Of a DNA stretch of 64,000 nucleotides, positions 20,790 through 30,627 are shown one piece after another. Position 1 is the stretch's first letter, and the number at the start of each line of letters is the position of its first letter. The stretch is taken from NCBI GenBank assembly GCA_035510455.1, contig DATKHB010000027.1, positions 373 through 64,372 of the forward strand, given 5' to 3'. A program made the translations under genes and the position numbers. The notes beneath the pieces are model-generated. The model was not told where the DNA came from. It was given only the letters and a program-made list of their open reading frames with translations, and searched no databases. Source of the DNA: Candidatus Saccharimonadales bacterium (lineage in GTDB: Bacteria; Patescibacteriota; Saccharimonadia; Saccharimonadales; UBA4665).

Positions 20790-22982
20790 ATGGCCAAAAA
20801 GAAAAAGAAAACACGAAAATCCAAGGAAGTAGTTGAAGACCATTCATCGTTCTGGCCACTAACTGGCGCCGTAACTCTAATTATCCTGGCGCTCTTTACA
20901 TTACTGGGTGGCTTTAATGCCGGCGGCGTTTTGCCTAGAGACATTTTTAAGGGTATCTATTGGCTACTTGGCCTCGCAGCATATATTACGCCGGTTGCTT
21001 TTGTCTATTGGGGGATCTACAAGTTTAACAGTGAAAGTAAAAAGATACCCTTAGATAAGTTAGTAAGTATGCTTGCTGTTTTGGTATTCGCTAGTAGCTG
21101 GTTCTACGTGACTTTTGCCACAAAATTAACAGCCGGCGGTTACAGTGGCGGACATGGCGGAACCTTAGGTAAGACGGTTGGTGCGGCTGTTCTAAGTGTT
21201 CTGGACAAAATCCCTGCATCTTTCGTCTTTTTTATACTTACGGTCTTTGCGGCTTTCTTTGCTTTTGGGATATCTCCAAAGGTTTTGCTAAAGATTGGCA
21301 AGCTTTTCCGGCGCGATCCAGATGATGACACCGATCTTATGGATCTAAAGAACAAAGCTGAAAACAATGGGTTTAAATTAAACGAAGGGGTGCCGGTCGA
21401 ACACAATTCAGCTAGACTAGGTACACTAAAAAATACCGCCCAGAAACTTTCTACTTCAGATAGTCATGATGCGCTAACCCTAGCCAGTGATCCAGATTGG
21501 CAGTTTCCAACGGTTAGCCTGCTAAATCAAAAGCAGGATAAGGCTGATGCCGGCGATGTAGAAGGAAACGCCCGTGTTATAAAGGAAACTTTGGCTAATT
21601 TTAATATTGAAGTTGAAATGGAAGGAGCCAATATTGGTCCTAGAGTGACCCAGTTTACCCTAAAACCTTCCAACGGAGTTAAGCTAACCAAAATTACGGC
21701 CCTAGAGAATAATTTAGCCCTAGACCTAGCGGCTAACTCTATTAGAATCGAAGCTCCCATACCAGGCAAACGCGCAGTTGGCATAGAAGTTCCCAATGTT
21801 AAACCGGCTGTAGTTCGGATTAGCTCATTATTGCAAGCTCGGGAATGGGCAGAATTAAGTAGCCCATTGGGTTTTGTGATTGGTAAGGACATATCCGGAA
21901 CACCGGTAATGGGTTCGTTGGACAAGATGCCGCACCTACTAATTGCCGGCCAGACGGGATCGGGTAAATCGATCATGATTAATAGTGTCCTGACCAGTTT
22001 GTTATACAGGAACACGCCAAGCGATCTTAAGTTGATTCTAGTTGACCCTAAACAGGTCGAATTGGCTTCATTTAATGACATACCACATCTACTTACGCCA
22101 GTAATTACTGAACCGGAAAAGTGTATTAGCGCTCTTAAATGGGCTGTGGCCGAAATGGAGAGACGCTACAAAGAATTAGCAGGTGCTGGACGTCGTAATA
22201 TTGCCGAATACAATAAATTAAAATCTGGCGAGGGGATGCCCTACATTGTGATAGTGATAGACGAACTTGCTGATTTAATGATGATGGCTGCTCGCGACGT
22301 AGAAGCTCTAATAGTTCGAATATCCCAAAAAGCTCGAGCTGTCGGCATACACCTAGTATTAGCCACACAGCGTCCAAGCGTAGATATAATTACCGGTCTG
22401 ATTAAGGCTAATATTCCTGCCAGAATTGCTTTTACTACGGCTAGTCAGGTTGATTCTCGCACCATCATTGACGGGATGGGTGCCGAAAAACTTTTGGGGC
22501 AAGGGGATATGCTGCTTCTGACTTCAGATATGCCCAAACCAAAACGTGTACAGGGGGCACTTATTAGCGATGAAGAGATTCATAAAGTTAACGACTTTAT
22601 TAGAAACCAAAGAGCACCGCAATACGACAACGAAGTTATCAGCCAGGTAGTACAGCTTAATGGCAAAGGCGGTATTGTCACTGATTACGGTGCAAACGAT
22701 GTAGATGACGGTATGTGGCAAGATGCAGTTCATGTAGTTCTAGAGGCCCGCAAGGCCAGTACCAGCCTGCTACAGCGAAGGTTAAGGATTGGTTACGGCA
22801 GAGCCGCTAGATTAATCGAGACAATGGAAGAACAAGGTATTGTTGGGCCGGCTGATGGTTCTCGCCCAAGGGAAGTGTTAGTTAGTAATATGGATGACGT
22901 CTTTGGTTCCAGTGATGATTTCTCGGGTGACTTGAGCGATAAAGTGCTCGACGATGCCGAAGACGATGCCGAAGTTGTTTAA
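20790..22982 (+). CDS. ftsK: DNA translocase FtsK
   Basis: N-terminal TM helices, Walker A GQTGSGKS, ATQRPSVD motif, and C-terminal gamma winged-helix domain (LLQRRLRIGYGRAARLIE). Confidence 0.92.
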   Translation: MAKKKKKTRKSKEVVEDHSSFWPLTGAVTLIILALFTLLGGFNAGGVLPRDIFKGIYWLLGLAAYITPVAFVYWGIYKFNSESKKIPLDKLVSMLAVLVFASSWFYVTFATKLTAGGYSGGHGGTLGKTVGAAVLSVLDKIPASFVFFILTVFAAFFAFGISPKVLLKIGKLFRRDPDDDTDLMDLKNKAENNGFKLNEGVPVEHNSARLGTLKNTAQKLSTSDSHDALTLASDPDWQFPTVSLLNQKQDKADAGDVEGNARVIKETLANFNIEVEMEGANIGPRVTQFTLKPSNGVKLTKITALENNLALDLAANSIRIEAPIPGKRAVGIEVPNVKPAVVRISSLLQAREWAELSSPLGFVIGKDISGTPVMGSLDKMPHLLIAGQTGSGKSIMINSVLTSLLYRNTPSDLKLILVDPKQVELASFNDIPHLLTPVITEPEKCISALKWAVAEMERRYKELAGAGRRNIAEYNKLKSGEGMPYIVIVIDELADLMMMAARDVEALIVRISQKARAVGIHLVLATQRPSVDIITGLIKANIPARIAFTTASQVDSRTIIDGMGAEKLLGQGDMLLLTSDMPKPKRVQGALISDEEIHKVNDFIRNQRAPQYDNEVISQVVQLNGKGGIVTDYGANDVDDGMWQDAVHVVLEARKASTSLLQRRLRIGYGRAARLIETMEEQGIVGPADGSRPREVLVSNMDDVFGSSDDFSGDLSDKVLDDAEDDAEVV

Positions 22983-23152
22983 GTATAAGCTTCACCCCAA
23001 AACTCAATATGTTTTAGCTGGAATTTCTTTATGACAGGTATATGGATTACGATTTTGTAGGCTTAACCAGCCTATCAGTTTTTTGGCCTGCCTGATTGAA
23101 GGTGTCGAAGCACTAACAATAGCTCGATCGCTATAGTTCGTGATAACAGAGG

Positions 23153-23181
23153 TTGACTAGTTAGGCCGTATCTTCTATACT
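23153..23181 (+). promoter_or_regulatory. sigma70-type promoter of the rpsF-ssb-rpsR operon (TTGACT-17 nt-TATACT)
   Basis: TTGACT at 23153-23158 and TATACT at 23176-23181. Predicts a 5' UTR of about 70 nt ending in AAAGGAGG. Confidence 0.55.
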
Positions 23182-23256
23182 TACGTTACTGAAAAAATTA
23201 GCCTAACTCACGGCAACTTGGCATGTGGGTTTTAAAGCCAAAGGAGGTTAACAACG

Positions 23257-23649
23257 ATGAACCAATATGAAATTGCAGTGCTATTTGATCCAGATCTTGA
23301 GATCGATTTAGAAAAAGCAACTTCACGAGTTGAAAAGATATTTACAAGCAATGGCGCCAAAGTTCTTAAGTTAGATAATTGGGGCAAACGGAAACTGGCT
23401 TATCCAATTAAGAAACACGAGACGGCGATCTATATAATTTATCTTATGGATATACCAGCTGAAGGTGTCAGAAAAATTGAAGGATCGTTAAATATTACTG
23501 ATGAGGTCATAAGATTTTTGATTGTTAGGCCAGACCTAAAAGCAATTGCTCGAGCCGAACAAGCTAGACTAGACATTGAAGAACACAAATCTGCTGCTGA
23601 GTCTGACAATACCACCAAGTCAGATTCAGATGACCAGAAGAAAGATTAG
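23257..23649 (+). CDS. rpsF: 30S ribosomal protein S6
   Basis: MNQYEIAVLFDP... and WGKRKLAYPI motifs, with an acidic C-terminal tail. Confidence 0.92.
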   Translation: MNQYEIAVLFDPDLEIDLEKATSRVEKIFTSNGAKVLKLDNWGKRKLAYPIKKHETAIYIIYLMDIPAEGVRKIEGSLNITDEVIRFLIVRPDLKAIARAEQARLDIEEHKSAAESDNTTKSDSDDQKKD

Positions 23650-23678
23650 AAGTACAATAATGAGGAAGGGAATACATC

Positions 23679-24143
23679 ATGGCCAGAAGCGTTAATCAAG
23701 TTATGTTAATGGGTAATCTAACAAGGGACCCAGAACTAAGGCAGACCCCAAACGGACAAAGTGTTTGCAGTTTCAGCTTAGCCCTAAACAGATCATACAA
23801 AGATCAAAGCGGTGAGTGGCAAGAAGTAACAGACTACGTCGATATTGTAGCCTGGGGGCCATTAGGTGAGAGAGTAGCTCAATACCTATCACGCGGCCGA
23901 CGTTGTTTCGTCCAAGGCCGACTGCAAAGTCGCAGCTGGGAGCAAGATGGCCAGAAGCGTAACAAAGTTGAGGTGTTAGCTAACGATGTAACCTTTCTGG
24001 ATAGCCGACCTTCCGGAGAAACGACGAACGATAGCGATGAAGACAAGCCTGCTCCCAAAGCAAAGGCGAGTAAAAAGTCTGAAGAAGTAGTAATTGAAGA
24101 TATTAGCGATGAGCCAATTAATTTGGATGACATTCCATTCTAG
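23679..24143 (+). CDS. ssb: single-stranded DNA-binding protein
   Basis: OB fold (NQVMLMGNLTRDPELR) and C-terminal acidic tip DDIPF. Confidence 0.92.
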   Translation: MARSVNQVMLMGNLTRDPELRQTPNGQSVCSFSLALNRSYKDQSGEWQEVTDYVDIVAWGPLGERVAQYLSRGRRCFVQGRLQSRSWEQDGQKRNKVEVLANDVTFLDSRPSGETTNDSDEDKPAPKAKASKKSEEVVIEDISDEPINLDDIPF

Positions 24144-24154
24144 GAGTTAAAAAG

Positions 24155-24358
24155 ATGGCAAAGATATTTAAACAAAGGACAGACGTTCCGTACTTTGATT
24201 ACAAAGACGTCAAAACTCTACAGAGATATGTTGATGTTTACGGGCAGATAGAGGTTCGCAAAAAAACAGGCCTCACCGAAAGTCAGCAAAGACAACTTGC
24301 CAAAGCTATTAAACGAGCTCGTCATATTGCCTTACTGCCTTTTGTAGCTAACGGTTAG
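24155..24358 (+). CDS. rpsR: 30S ribosomal protein S18
   Basis: 67 aa with YFDYKDVKTLQRYV and QRQLAKAIKRARHIALLPF. Confidence 0.92.
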   Translation: MAKIFKQRTDVPYFDYKDVKTLQRYVDVYGQIEVRKKTGLTESQQRQLAKAIKRARHIALLPFVANG

Positions 24359-24367
24359 AGGGTCGTC

Positions 24368-24928
24368 ATGGCTCTAAATATAACCGGCCTCAAAAAAGGC
24401 ACCATTTTCAAGTTTAACGGTGAACCCTACAGAGTTGTTGAATACGGTCAAAAAGTTATGGGGAGGGGCGGCTCAATTGTTAATGTTCGGATAAAGAGCA
24501 TGCTAGACGGCAAGGTCCTGGACAAGACTTTTAAAGGTAATGAGCAGCTTGAATCTGCCGATGTAGATATCAGAAAAGCCCAATACTTATATAAAGATGG
24601 ATCAATTTTCTTTTTTATGGACGAGAAAACTTATGAGCAATTTGAAGTTCCAGACAAACTAGTGAGTGAACAGGACGGCTACCTCGTTGAAGGGGACTCA
24701 TATACGGCTCAGATTTTTGAAGGCAGGTTGATCAATATAGATCTACCAAACAACGTAGCTCTTAAAGTGACCTATACCGAAGACGTTGTCAGAGGAGACA
24801 CGGCCAATAGCGTTATGAAAGAAGCCACTTTGAATACTGGAAAATCTATCAAGGTACCGGCTTTCGTTAAGAAGGACGACGTTATAAGGGTAGATACCAG
24901 AACCGGTACCTACATTGAGCGCGCCTAG
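24368..24928 (+). CDS. efp: elongation factor P
   Basis: 186 aa with the KGTIFKFNGEPYRVVEY..KVMGRGGSIV pattern. Confidence 0.9.
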   Translation: MALNITGLKKGTIFKFNGEPYRVVEYGQKVMGRGGSIVNVRIKSMLDGKVLDKTFKGNEQLESADVDIRKAQYLYKDGSIFFFMDEKTYEQFEVPDKLVSEQDGYLVEGDSYTAQIFEGRLINIDLPNNVALKVTYTEDVVRGDTANSVMKEATLNTGKSIKVPAFVKKDDVIRVDTRTGTYIERA

Positions 24929-24940
24929 TATTTTATTTGT

Positions 24941-25657
24941 ATGAAGCATTTTTCTCTTGAAGAGTATCTGGTACGAAAAGGATTATGTAAAAGCGAAGCC
25001 GATGCCAACTCTTATATAGTTCTGGGTTTTGTTAAGGTAAATAATAATTTAGTATTAAAGCCTGACTATCAAGTAGGCGAAGACGAAGCAATTCGCTTAA
25101 CGGCTAATTTTGTATCGCGGGGAGCTCTCAAGCTAGCTTCCGTTAAAGATAAGTTGGAGTTGGATTTTAGGGACAAGTTAATAGTTGATGTCGGCAGTTC
25201 TACCGGTGGCTTCACAGATTACGCCCTCCAAAACTCAGCTAAACGAGTAATAGCCATTGATCTTGGTAAAAATCAGCTGCACGAGAAGCTAAAGAATAAT
25301 CCTAAAATTGAGATTCACGATCACACAAGCATTTTCGACATTAATAATTTGCCAGACGATGTAGCTATGGTCCTAATTGACGTAAATTTTGTTTCGCTTC
25401 GAGAAGTCCTTCTCCATATATATAAACTGATTAATAGGCAGACCGAAATCATAGCTCTCCTAAAACCTCAATTTGAAATATCTGGCGGTAAGCTTAAGAA
25501 TGAGGGTATTATAAAAAATAATCGTATGCGGCGGGACATAATCAAGGACTTCGAAAATTGGGTCAAGCAACGCTTTGTTATTTTAGACAAAGCCGACTCC
25601 AAATTAGCTGGCCGGCATGGGAATCTAGAGAGATTTTATAAGCTTCGAAAAGCATAG
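24941..25657 (+). CDS. tlyA: TlyA-family rRNA 2'-O-methyltransferase
   Basis: S4-like N-terminus plus FtsJ-type SAM motif DVGSSTGGFTDYAL. Confidence 0.8.
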   Translation: MKHFSLEEYLVRKGLCKSEADANSYIVLGFVKVNNNLVLKPDYQVGEDEAIRLTANFVSRGALKLASVKDKLELDFRDKLIVDVGSSTGGFTDYALQNSAKRVIAIDLGKNQLHEKLKNNPKIEIHDHTSIFDINNLPDDVAMVLIDVNFVSLREVLLHIYKLINRQTEIIALLKPQFEISGGKLKNEGIIKNNRMRRDIIKDFENWVKQRFVILDKADSKLAGRHGNLERFYKLRKA

Positions 25658-25678
25658 ATATGATGGTAAACTTCCCAC

Positions 25679-26335
25679 ATGTATTTCAAGAGTCGCGCGC
25701 AAGCCGGCAATCTATTGGCTGCTGAAATAGCCAAAAAGTACCGTTATGAAAATTGCGCCGTTGTGGCATTAAGCGACGGCGGGGTGATTATCGGCGCGGA
25801 GATTGCCATCAACCTCCACTGTGTTCTTTCTCTGTTATTGGCAGCCCCAATTGAATTGCCTAACGAGAACGATCCCATAGCAACCGTTAATCAATCGGGC
25901 AGGATAACTTACAATGGTTTATATTCGGCCGGTGAGCTTGAGGAACTTCAGGGTGAATTTCGAACCTATATTGAGGAAGAGCGCATCAGGGCACTCCACA
26001 AAATCAACAGTTTGCTTGGTGACGGCGGGCTAATTGAGCCAAAATTGCTTAAAGGACGCATTGTTATCTTAGTGTCCGATGGTCTAAGTAGTGGGTTATC
26101 CCTGGAAGCCGCGGTGGATTTCTTAAAGCCTATTCAACTGGAGAAACTAATCGTAGCGGTGCCGATTGCCAGTGTCCCTGCCGTGGATCGCATGCACGTA
26201 CTGAGCGATGAGATATATTGCCTCAGCGTACTAGGAGACTATATAAACACTGACCATTATTACGATATTGATGATAAACCCGACCACGACGAGGTCATCA
26301 AAATAGTTAAAGAAGTTATTCTCCACTGGAAATAG
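25679..26335 (+). CDS. phosphoribosyltransferase family protein
   Basis: PRPP-loop-like segment RIVILVSDGLSSGLS; 218 aa. Confidence 0.55.
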   Translation: MYFKSRAQAGNLLAAEIAKKYRYENCAVVALSDGGVIIGAEIAINLHCVLSLLLAAPIELPNENDPIATVNQSGRITYNGLYSAGELEELQGEFRTYIEEERIRALHKINSLLGDGGLIEPKLLKGRIVILVSDGLSSGLSLEAAVDFLKPIQLEKLIVAVPIASVPAVDRMHVLSDEIYCLSVLGDYINTDHYYDIDDKPDHDEVIKIVKEVILHWK

Positions 26336-26353
26336 GCCAATCTTCAAGTCACA

Positions 26354-27004
26354 CTAGAGATATTTCTCGAGAGCCTCTTTGTCCTTAATCGTCACATAAG
26401 ATTGCTCGGAGCTCACCAGGCCTTTACGTTCCAGGTAGGCCATTTCACGGCTGGTGGTTTCACGGCTGGAGTTAATAGAGCTGGCAATGTCTTGGTGCTT
26501 AAGCGGTGCGTCGATTAGTGTTGAACGATTAGCCATAGGTTTGCCAAATTGCCGCGAGGCAGACAGCAAGAAAGAGATGAGACGCTCCCTTACTGTGCGA
26601 TACTCGAGGCTTAGGATTCTCTCGGAATGTGTACGGTACATATAAGTCAATAAATCTATGAGAGGCAAACTTGCCTCAGGGTGCGAATGTAGATATTCCT
26701 CAAACTTTGGTTGACTAATTTCCCAGACAACAGTTTCCCTAAGGGCAGAATATATAATGGAGCGATCTTCTCCAGTTATCGCCCAGGTTAGAGCAAGAAT
26801 ATCACCCTTTTTTCGGATAACCAGCAAATTTTCTTCACCATATTTAGTAATGTCGTAAGCTTTTACTAAACCGCTCTCAATATAAAAAACACCCGGCGGT
26901 GATTCGCCGGGCCTAATAATAAACTCCCCCTTAGAGTATGTTAGCCGTCTTCCTTTATGGAAGAGACCCACCAGGGTCTTCATATCACTCTTTGTGGACA
27001 ACAT
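26354..27004 (-). CDS. Crp/Fnr family transcriptional regulator
   Basis: cNMP-binding beta-roll (GESPPGVFYIESGLVKAY) and C-terminal helix-turn-helix (QDIASSINSSRETTSREMAYLERKGLV). Confidence 0.85.
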   Translation of the reverse strand: MLSTKSDMKTLVGLFHKGRRLTYSKGEFIIRPGESPPGVFYIESGLVKAYDITKYGEENLLVIRKKGDILALTWAITGEDRSIIYSALRETVVWEISQPKFEEYLHSHPEASLPLIDLLTYMYRTHSERILSLEYRTVRERLISFLLSASRQFGKPMANRSTLIDAPLKHQDIASSINSSRETTSREMAYLERKGLVSSEQSYVTIKDKEALEKYL

Positions 27005-27070
27005 GAAATAATTATGACATATCTGTACGACATATCAAAGATGTTGATATCTGGGGTTTCTTCAGGGTCC

Positions 27071-27103
27071 GTGTGATATAAATCTCACAGCTGGTGTGAT
27101 ATA
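27071..27103. promoter_or_regulatory. candidate Crp-family operator (TGTGA / TCACA half-sites) in a divergent intergenic region
   Basis: GTGTGATATA occurs twice (27071-27080 and 27094-27103), with TCACA at 27085-27089 between them. This gives TGTGA-N8-TCACA and TCACA-N6-TGTGA arrangements. Confidence 0.35.
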
Positions 27104-27184
27104 GTTTACGGACGTTATTTTCTAGATAAAGTATTGTGAGACTACAGGAAGTAAGAGTGGAGAAGTTAAACGAAGGAGGCTAAT

Positions 27185-27835
27185 ATGACAAGCCAACAAG
27201 CAGTTGACGACCAACTCAAAAAAATAGGTGCAGATTTCCGCTTCTGGGGACGCAACGAAATAAAAGAATTAAGCATGATATTGGCTGAAGAGGAAGTTAT
27301 TAATCAATGTGTTAATGGTCACTATCAAGGAGGCTTTGCGATGCTGGCCGCTACCGACAGACGTCTTATCCTGGTTGACCGCAAACCAATGTTTCTAACC
27401 ATCGAAGTCATATGGTATGACAAAATTGGGCAGATAGATTTTAACCATCGCCTTCTCAATGCGACTTTATGCATTTCTACCCCAAACAAAGACCTGAATT
27501 TCACTAGTTGGAATAGTAGTCGGCTACGAGCCATCTTACTCTATTCTCAGCATAAAATGGCTCTGGCAAGATCTGGCAACGACAGTAATTTAGACCGTGC
27601 TCTTCTAAGGCAGGCTGACAGGGAAGAGGACAATAGATTTGTTCTCCCGGTTGAGAACAGCAATCGCAACGACCGTACACGCACCGATCTAAACAGATGG
27701 CTGAAGCCGGCCGCCTCAACTACAAACCGTCTTAAATTACCTGGACTATCAAGTTCCTATGATCTCACGCTTTACGGCGCAACTAGGCTCCCGTTCTCTA
27801 GACGACGCTACTATTCACGCTCGGTAATTCTCTAG
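27185..27835 (+). CDS. bacterial PH (YokE-like) domain protein with Arg-rich tail
   Basis: The core GGFAMLAATDRRLILVDRKPMFLTIEVIWYDKIGQIDF resembles bPH domains. GAAGGAGG SD upstream. The C-terminal ~90 aa are basic and low complexity. Confidence 0.55.
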   Translation: MTSQQAVDDQLKKIGADFRFWGRNEIKELSMILAEEEVINQCVNGHYQGGFAMLAATDRRLILVDRKPMFLTIEVIWYDKIGQIDFNHRLLNATLCISTPNKDLNFTSWNSSRLRAILLYSQHKMALARSGNDSNLDRALLRQADREEDNRFVLPVENSNRNDRTRTDLNRWLKPAASTTNRLKLPGLSSSYDLTLYGATRLPFSRRRYYSRSVIL

Positions 27836-28914
27836 ACGTTAAACCTGAATTCAACCACATCGTCAGGTTGCATCACATAATCTTTGCCTTCGGTTCGTAC
27901 TTTGCCAGCGGCTCTTGCTGAGGCTAAAGATCCGTACTTGATTAAGTCAAAATAATTTATTATCTCTGCGGCTATAAAACCTCTAGCGAAATCTGTGTGA
28001 ATAACCCCAGCAGCTTGCTGGGCAGTATTGCCTTGGGGTATAGTCCAGGCTCGTGTTTCTTTTTCGCCAGCCGTTAGAAAACTTTGTAGCCCTAGAACGT
28101 TATAAGCTAACTTCGACATCCGGAACAAACCTGATTTCTCTTGTCCATAACTTTCTAACAATTCACTAGCTTCTTCTTCGCTCAGCGCTTTAAGTTCGTA
28201 TTCGAGCTTGGCGCAGATAAGCAGGCTAGGAGCTGGGTCTACCAGCTCTTTTAAATAATTCTTCATTTTGTTGTCTACCAAACCCTCTTCATCAACATTG
28301 AATACATATATAACCGGTTTAACTGTCAAGAGCTGAAGGTCGACCAGCAAATCTTTATCTAAATTAGTATCCGAGGAAAGGAGCTCATTGTTATCCAGGA
28401 TTTCTAAGGCAGATTTTACCGTGTTTAGTTTTGGTTGTAATTTGGGGTTGATTCTTGCTTCTTTTTCCAACTTTTTTAGATGATTAGTAATAGTTTGTAG
28501 GTCAGCCAAAACTAATTCTGTATTAATGATCTCGATGTCTTTTTTGGGTTTTACGTCGTTATTGACGTGAACAATATCGTTATCTTTAAAAGCGCGGACA
28601 ACGTGAACGATAGCGTTGCAAGCTTTTATATTACCCAAGAATTGATTTCCTAAGCCTTCACCTTTTGATGCCCCAGATACAAGACCGGCAATGTCTACGA
28701 ACGTGACCGTTGCGGGGACAACTTTTTTGGAACTATATAAAACTGCAAGTTTATTGAGGCGTTCGTCTGGTACCGGCACGATGCCGGTATTGGGCTCGAT
28801 GGTAGCAAAAGGGTAGTTCGCTATTAAAACATTATTGTTAGTCAAACTATTAAATAAGGTTGATTTGCCAACGTTAGGTAACCCTACTATTCCGATTTCT
28901 AAGGATTTTGACAT
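27832..28914 (-). CDS. ychF: ribosome-binding ATPase YchF
   Basis: GIVGLPNVGKSTLFN P-loop and C-terminal TGS-like domain (RAWTIPQGNTAQQAAGVIHTDF). Confidence 0.92.
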   Translation of the reverse strand: MSKSLEIGIVGLPNVGKSTLFNSLTNNNVLIANYPFATIEPNTGIVPVPDERLNKLAVLYSSKKVVPATVTFVDIAGLVSGASKGEGLGNQFLGNIKACNAIVHVVRAFKDNDIVHVNNDVKPKKDIEIINTELVLADLQTITNHLKKLEKEARINPKLQPKLNTVKSALEILDNNELLSSDTNLDKDLLVDLQLLTVKPVIYVFNVDEEGLVDNKMKNYLKELVDPAPSLLICAKLEYELKALSEEEASELLESYGQEKSGLFRMSKLAYNVLGLQSFLTAGEKETRAWTIPQGNTAQQAAGVIHTDFARGFIAAEIINYFDLIKYGSLASARAAGKVRTEGKDYVMQPDDVVEFRFNV

Positions 28915-28989
28915 AGATTAGATTGTAACAGATATAAAGACAAAAGTAATAGTTTGATTAAATGGCAATAATGTGTTATTGTTTAAGAC

Positions 28990-29958
28990 ATGTTTGAGCA
29001 ATCATCTGTGCCTAATGATGCACTACAACCAATTCATGAAACAGTAATCTGGGCTACCCGACTAAGAGAAAACAGCCTTGAACGAAGAATCCCAATTGAT
29101 CTTTTCTACAATCCCGATGTTCTGAATGGTGTAGACATACTGCTCGGTGCTGGGGGCTATGGTGAGGAAAAATTTGCTGCCATAGAAGGAGTTAGAAAAT
29201 TTGGTGAGCTTGCAATAGCTGCGGCTTTTATGGTGCATCCTTTTGACAGGAAAAAAGTACCGGGTAGGAATATAGCGGGGATGAAGCGTGATGAAGAGCT
29301 TAGGTTATGGATTGAGAAAATTCTTATTGAAGGTCCTCTTTTCGTAGCCTCTGAACTTAATGAAAAAGCAGGGAAGCCCTCCGATTCACCAGTAGACTTA
29401 TATGGTAACTCAATGAGTGCTGGAGGCAATATAATGTCTGCATCACGTGCTCCCGAAAGATTTCATATTGTTGAGGCCCAGGCTCCAGCTGGCGTTAACG
29501 ATCGTACCGTTGCTATGTCTGAGAGTAAAAGAATCCATAGTCTCCTAAGAGATATGGGCGTTAATCTAAACAGACCTGAACAAAATATACTTAAGGATCG
29601 TCGTAATATTCGTGCTGGTATGGAAATCTTCCGCCGAGCAGTAATAGATATTATGCAGAGACGATTTAATACTAAGGTTGGTTATGCTGTGACAGCCGAC
29701 ATTGTCCCAGATATAGCAAAACTTCACGGGCTAAAAGGAGAAGATTTTGGGCTTTGGCTAGGATCAGATGACCCTGTTGCCCAACTTACGCAGGTACGAA
29801 GATCATTAAAGCTTTATTCATCTGAAAATCATCAGGCCAACCTTGCTGATATCATAAGGGTTTACGAGGGTAGTCATACCGCACTTTACGCTAATGGCAT
29901 ACGACCACAACTCGAGCCTATAGGTGTTCATATTCTCGAACGCCGTAAAGCCAGCTAA
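28990..29958 (+). CDS. hypothetical protein, possibly alpha/beta-hydrolase-like
   Basis: 322 aa. The only handle is a nucleophile-elbow-like stretch, VDLYGNSMSAGG. Otherwise unassigned. Confidence 0.3.
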   Translation: MFEQSSVPNDALQPIHETVIWATRLRENSLERRIPIDLFYNPDVLNGVDILLGAGGYGEEKFAAIEGVRKFGELAIAAAFMVHPFDRKKVPGRNIAGMKRDEELRLWIEKILIEGPLFVASELNEKAGKPSDSPVDLYGNSMSAGGNIMSASRAPERFHIVEAQAPAGVNDRTVAMSESKRIHSLLRDMGVNLNRPEQNILKDRRNIRAGMEIFRRAVIDIMQRRFNTKVGYAVTADIVPDIAKLHGLKGEDFGLWLGSDDPVAQLTQVRRSLKLYSSENHQANLADIIRVYEGSHTALYANGIRPQLEPIGVHILERRKAS

Positions 29959-30076
29959 TTATTACTAATGTATTGGTAAAGTTGAATTACTATAGACTCG
30001 AATTTTGTAAGTCTCTTACGAAATTTGGGGAATATCCACGGGTTTTTTTATCATCTGGCTCAGTGGTCTCTATTTA

Positions 30077-30613
30077 TTAATCAGCGGTAGGGGGGTTGGC
30101 GCTATCACCATTAGAATTAGATGATGAAGAGCCGCCGTACCCCCCATAACTCGGATTTACAATAATCTGTGATGCTTGACTCGTATTTGAGCTGTCTGCA
30201 GCTATCGCCACCGTATCACCAACGGCTATATCACTAGCTGTAGTTGTTTGGCCATTATCGGTGATAGTCGTACCGCTGGTTATAGAGAAAGTCGTACCAG
30301 AGCCTGTCTGTTGGTCATTTACGGTTATACTGCTTGAGCTGACAGCTGTCACTTGTCCAAATGTTGGGCGTTGGCCACCCGATCTACCGCCGAAACCACC
30401 ACCAAAAGATCCTGATCTATCTTGGCTAGTGGAGCTGGCAGTAACTTTTGGCAGGTGTCCTTTTTCGTACCTCACTCCGCCGTAAAAACTAAGACCGACT
30501 ATAACCAGACCAGCAACAACTAATACTATTGGTTTAATCGGGCTATTTTGATGATGAGGTATCTGGGTATGCATCTCATGATGCTTCTCTCCTGATATAT
30601 ACTTATCTTCCAT
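30077..30613 (-). CDS. membrane-anchored Gly/Ser/Thr-rich protein (DUF5666-like beta domain?)
   Basis: One TM helix (IVLVVAGLVIVGLSFYGG), a GGGFGG stretch, and VTAVSSSSITVND...GDTVAIAA. Last gene of the ABC operon. Confidence 0.45.
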   Translation of the reverse strand: MEDKYISGEKHHEMHTQIPHHQNSPIKPIVLVVAGLVIVGLSFYGGVRYEKGHLPKVTASSTSQDRSGSFGGGFGGRSGGQRPTFGQVTAVSSSSITVNDQQTGSGTTFSITSGTTITDNGQTTTASDIAVGDTVAIAADSSNTSQASQIIVNPSYGGYGGSSSSNSNGDSANPPTAD

Positions 30614-30627
30614 TTTCTTCCATTTGA

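Noticed and set aside
21527-22081. 184-aa minus-strand ORF inside ftsK
   Set aside because: It is a shadow ORF opposite the conserved FtsK motor domain, with no SD and no recognisable domain.
22983-23152. 170-nt gene-free stretch after ftsK considered as a possible small RNA gene (SRP, 6S) or micro-ORF
   Set aside because: I could not recognise SRP domain IV or other conserved RNA motifs. I found only a weak hairpin (AGGCTTAACCAGCCT followed by a T-run, about 23059-23084), which may be the ftsK terminator. The ATG at ~23031 opens only a 9-codon ORF.
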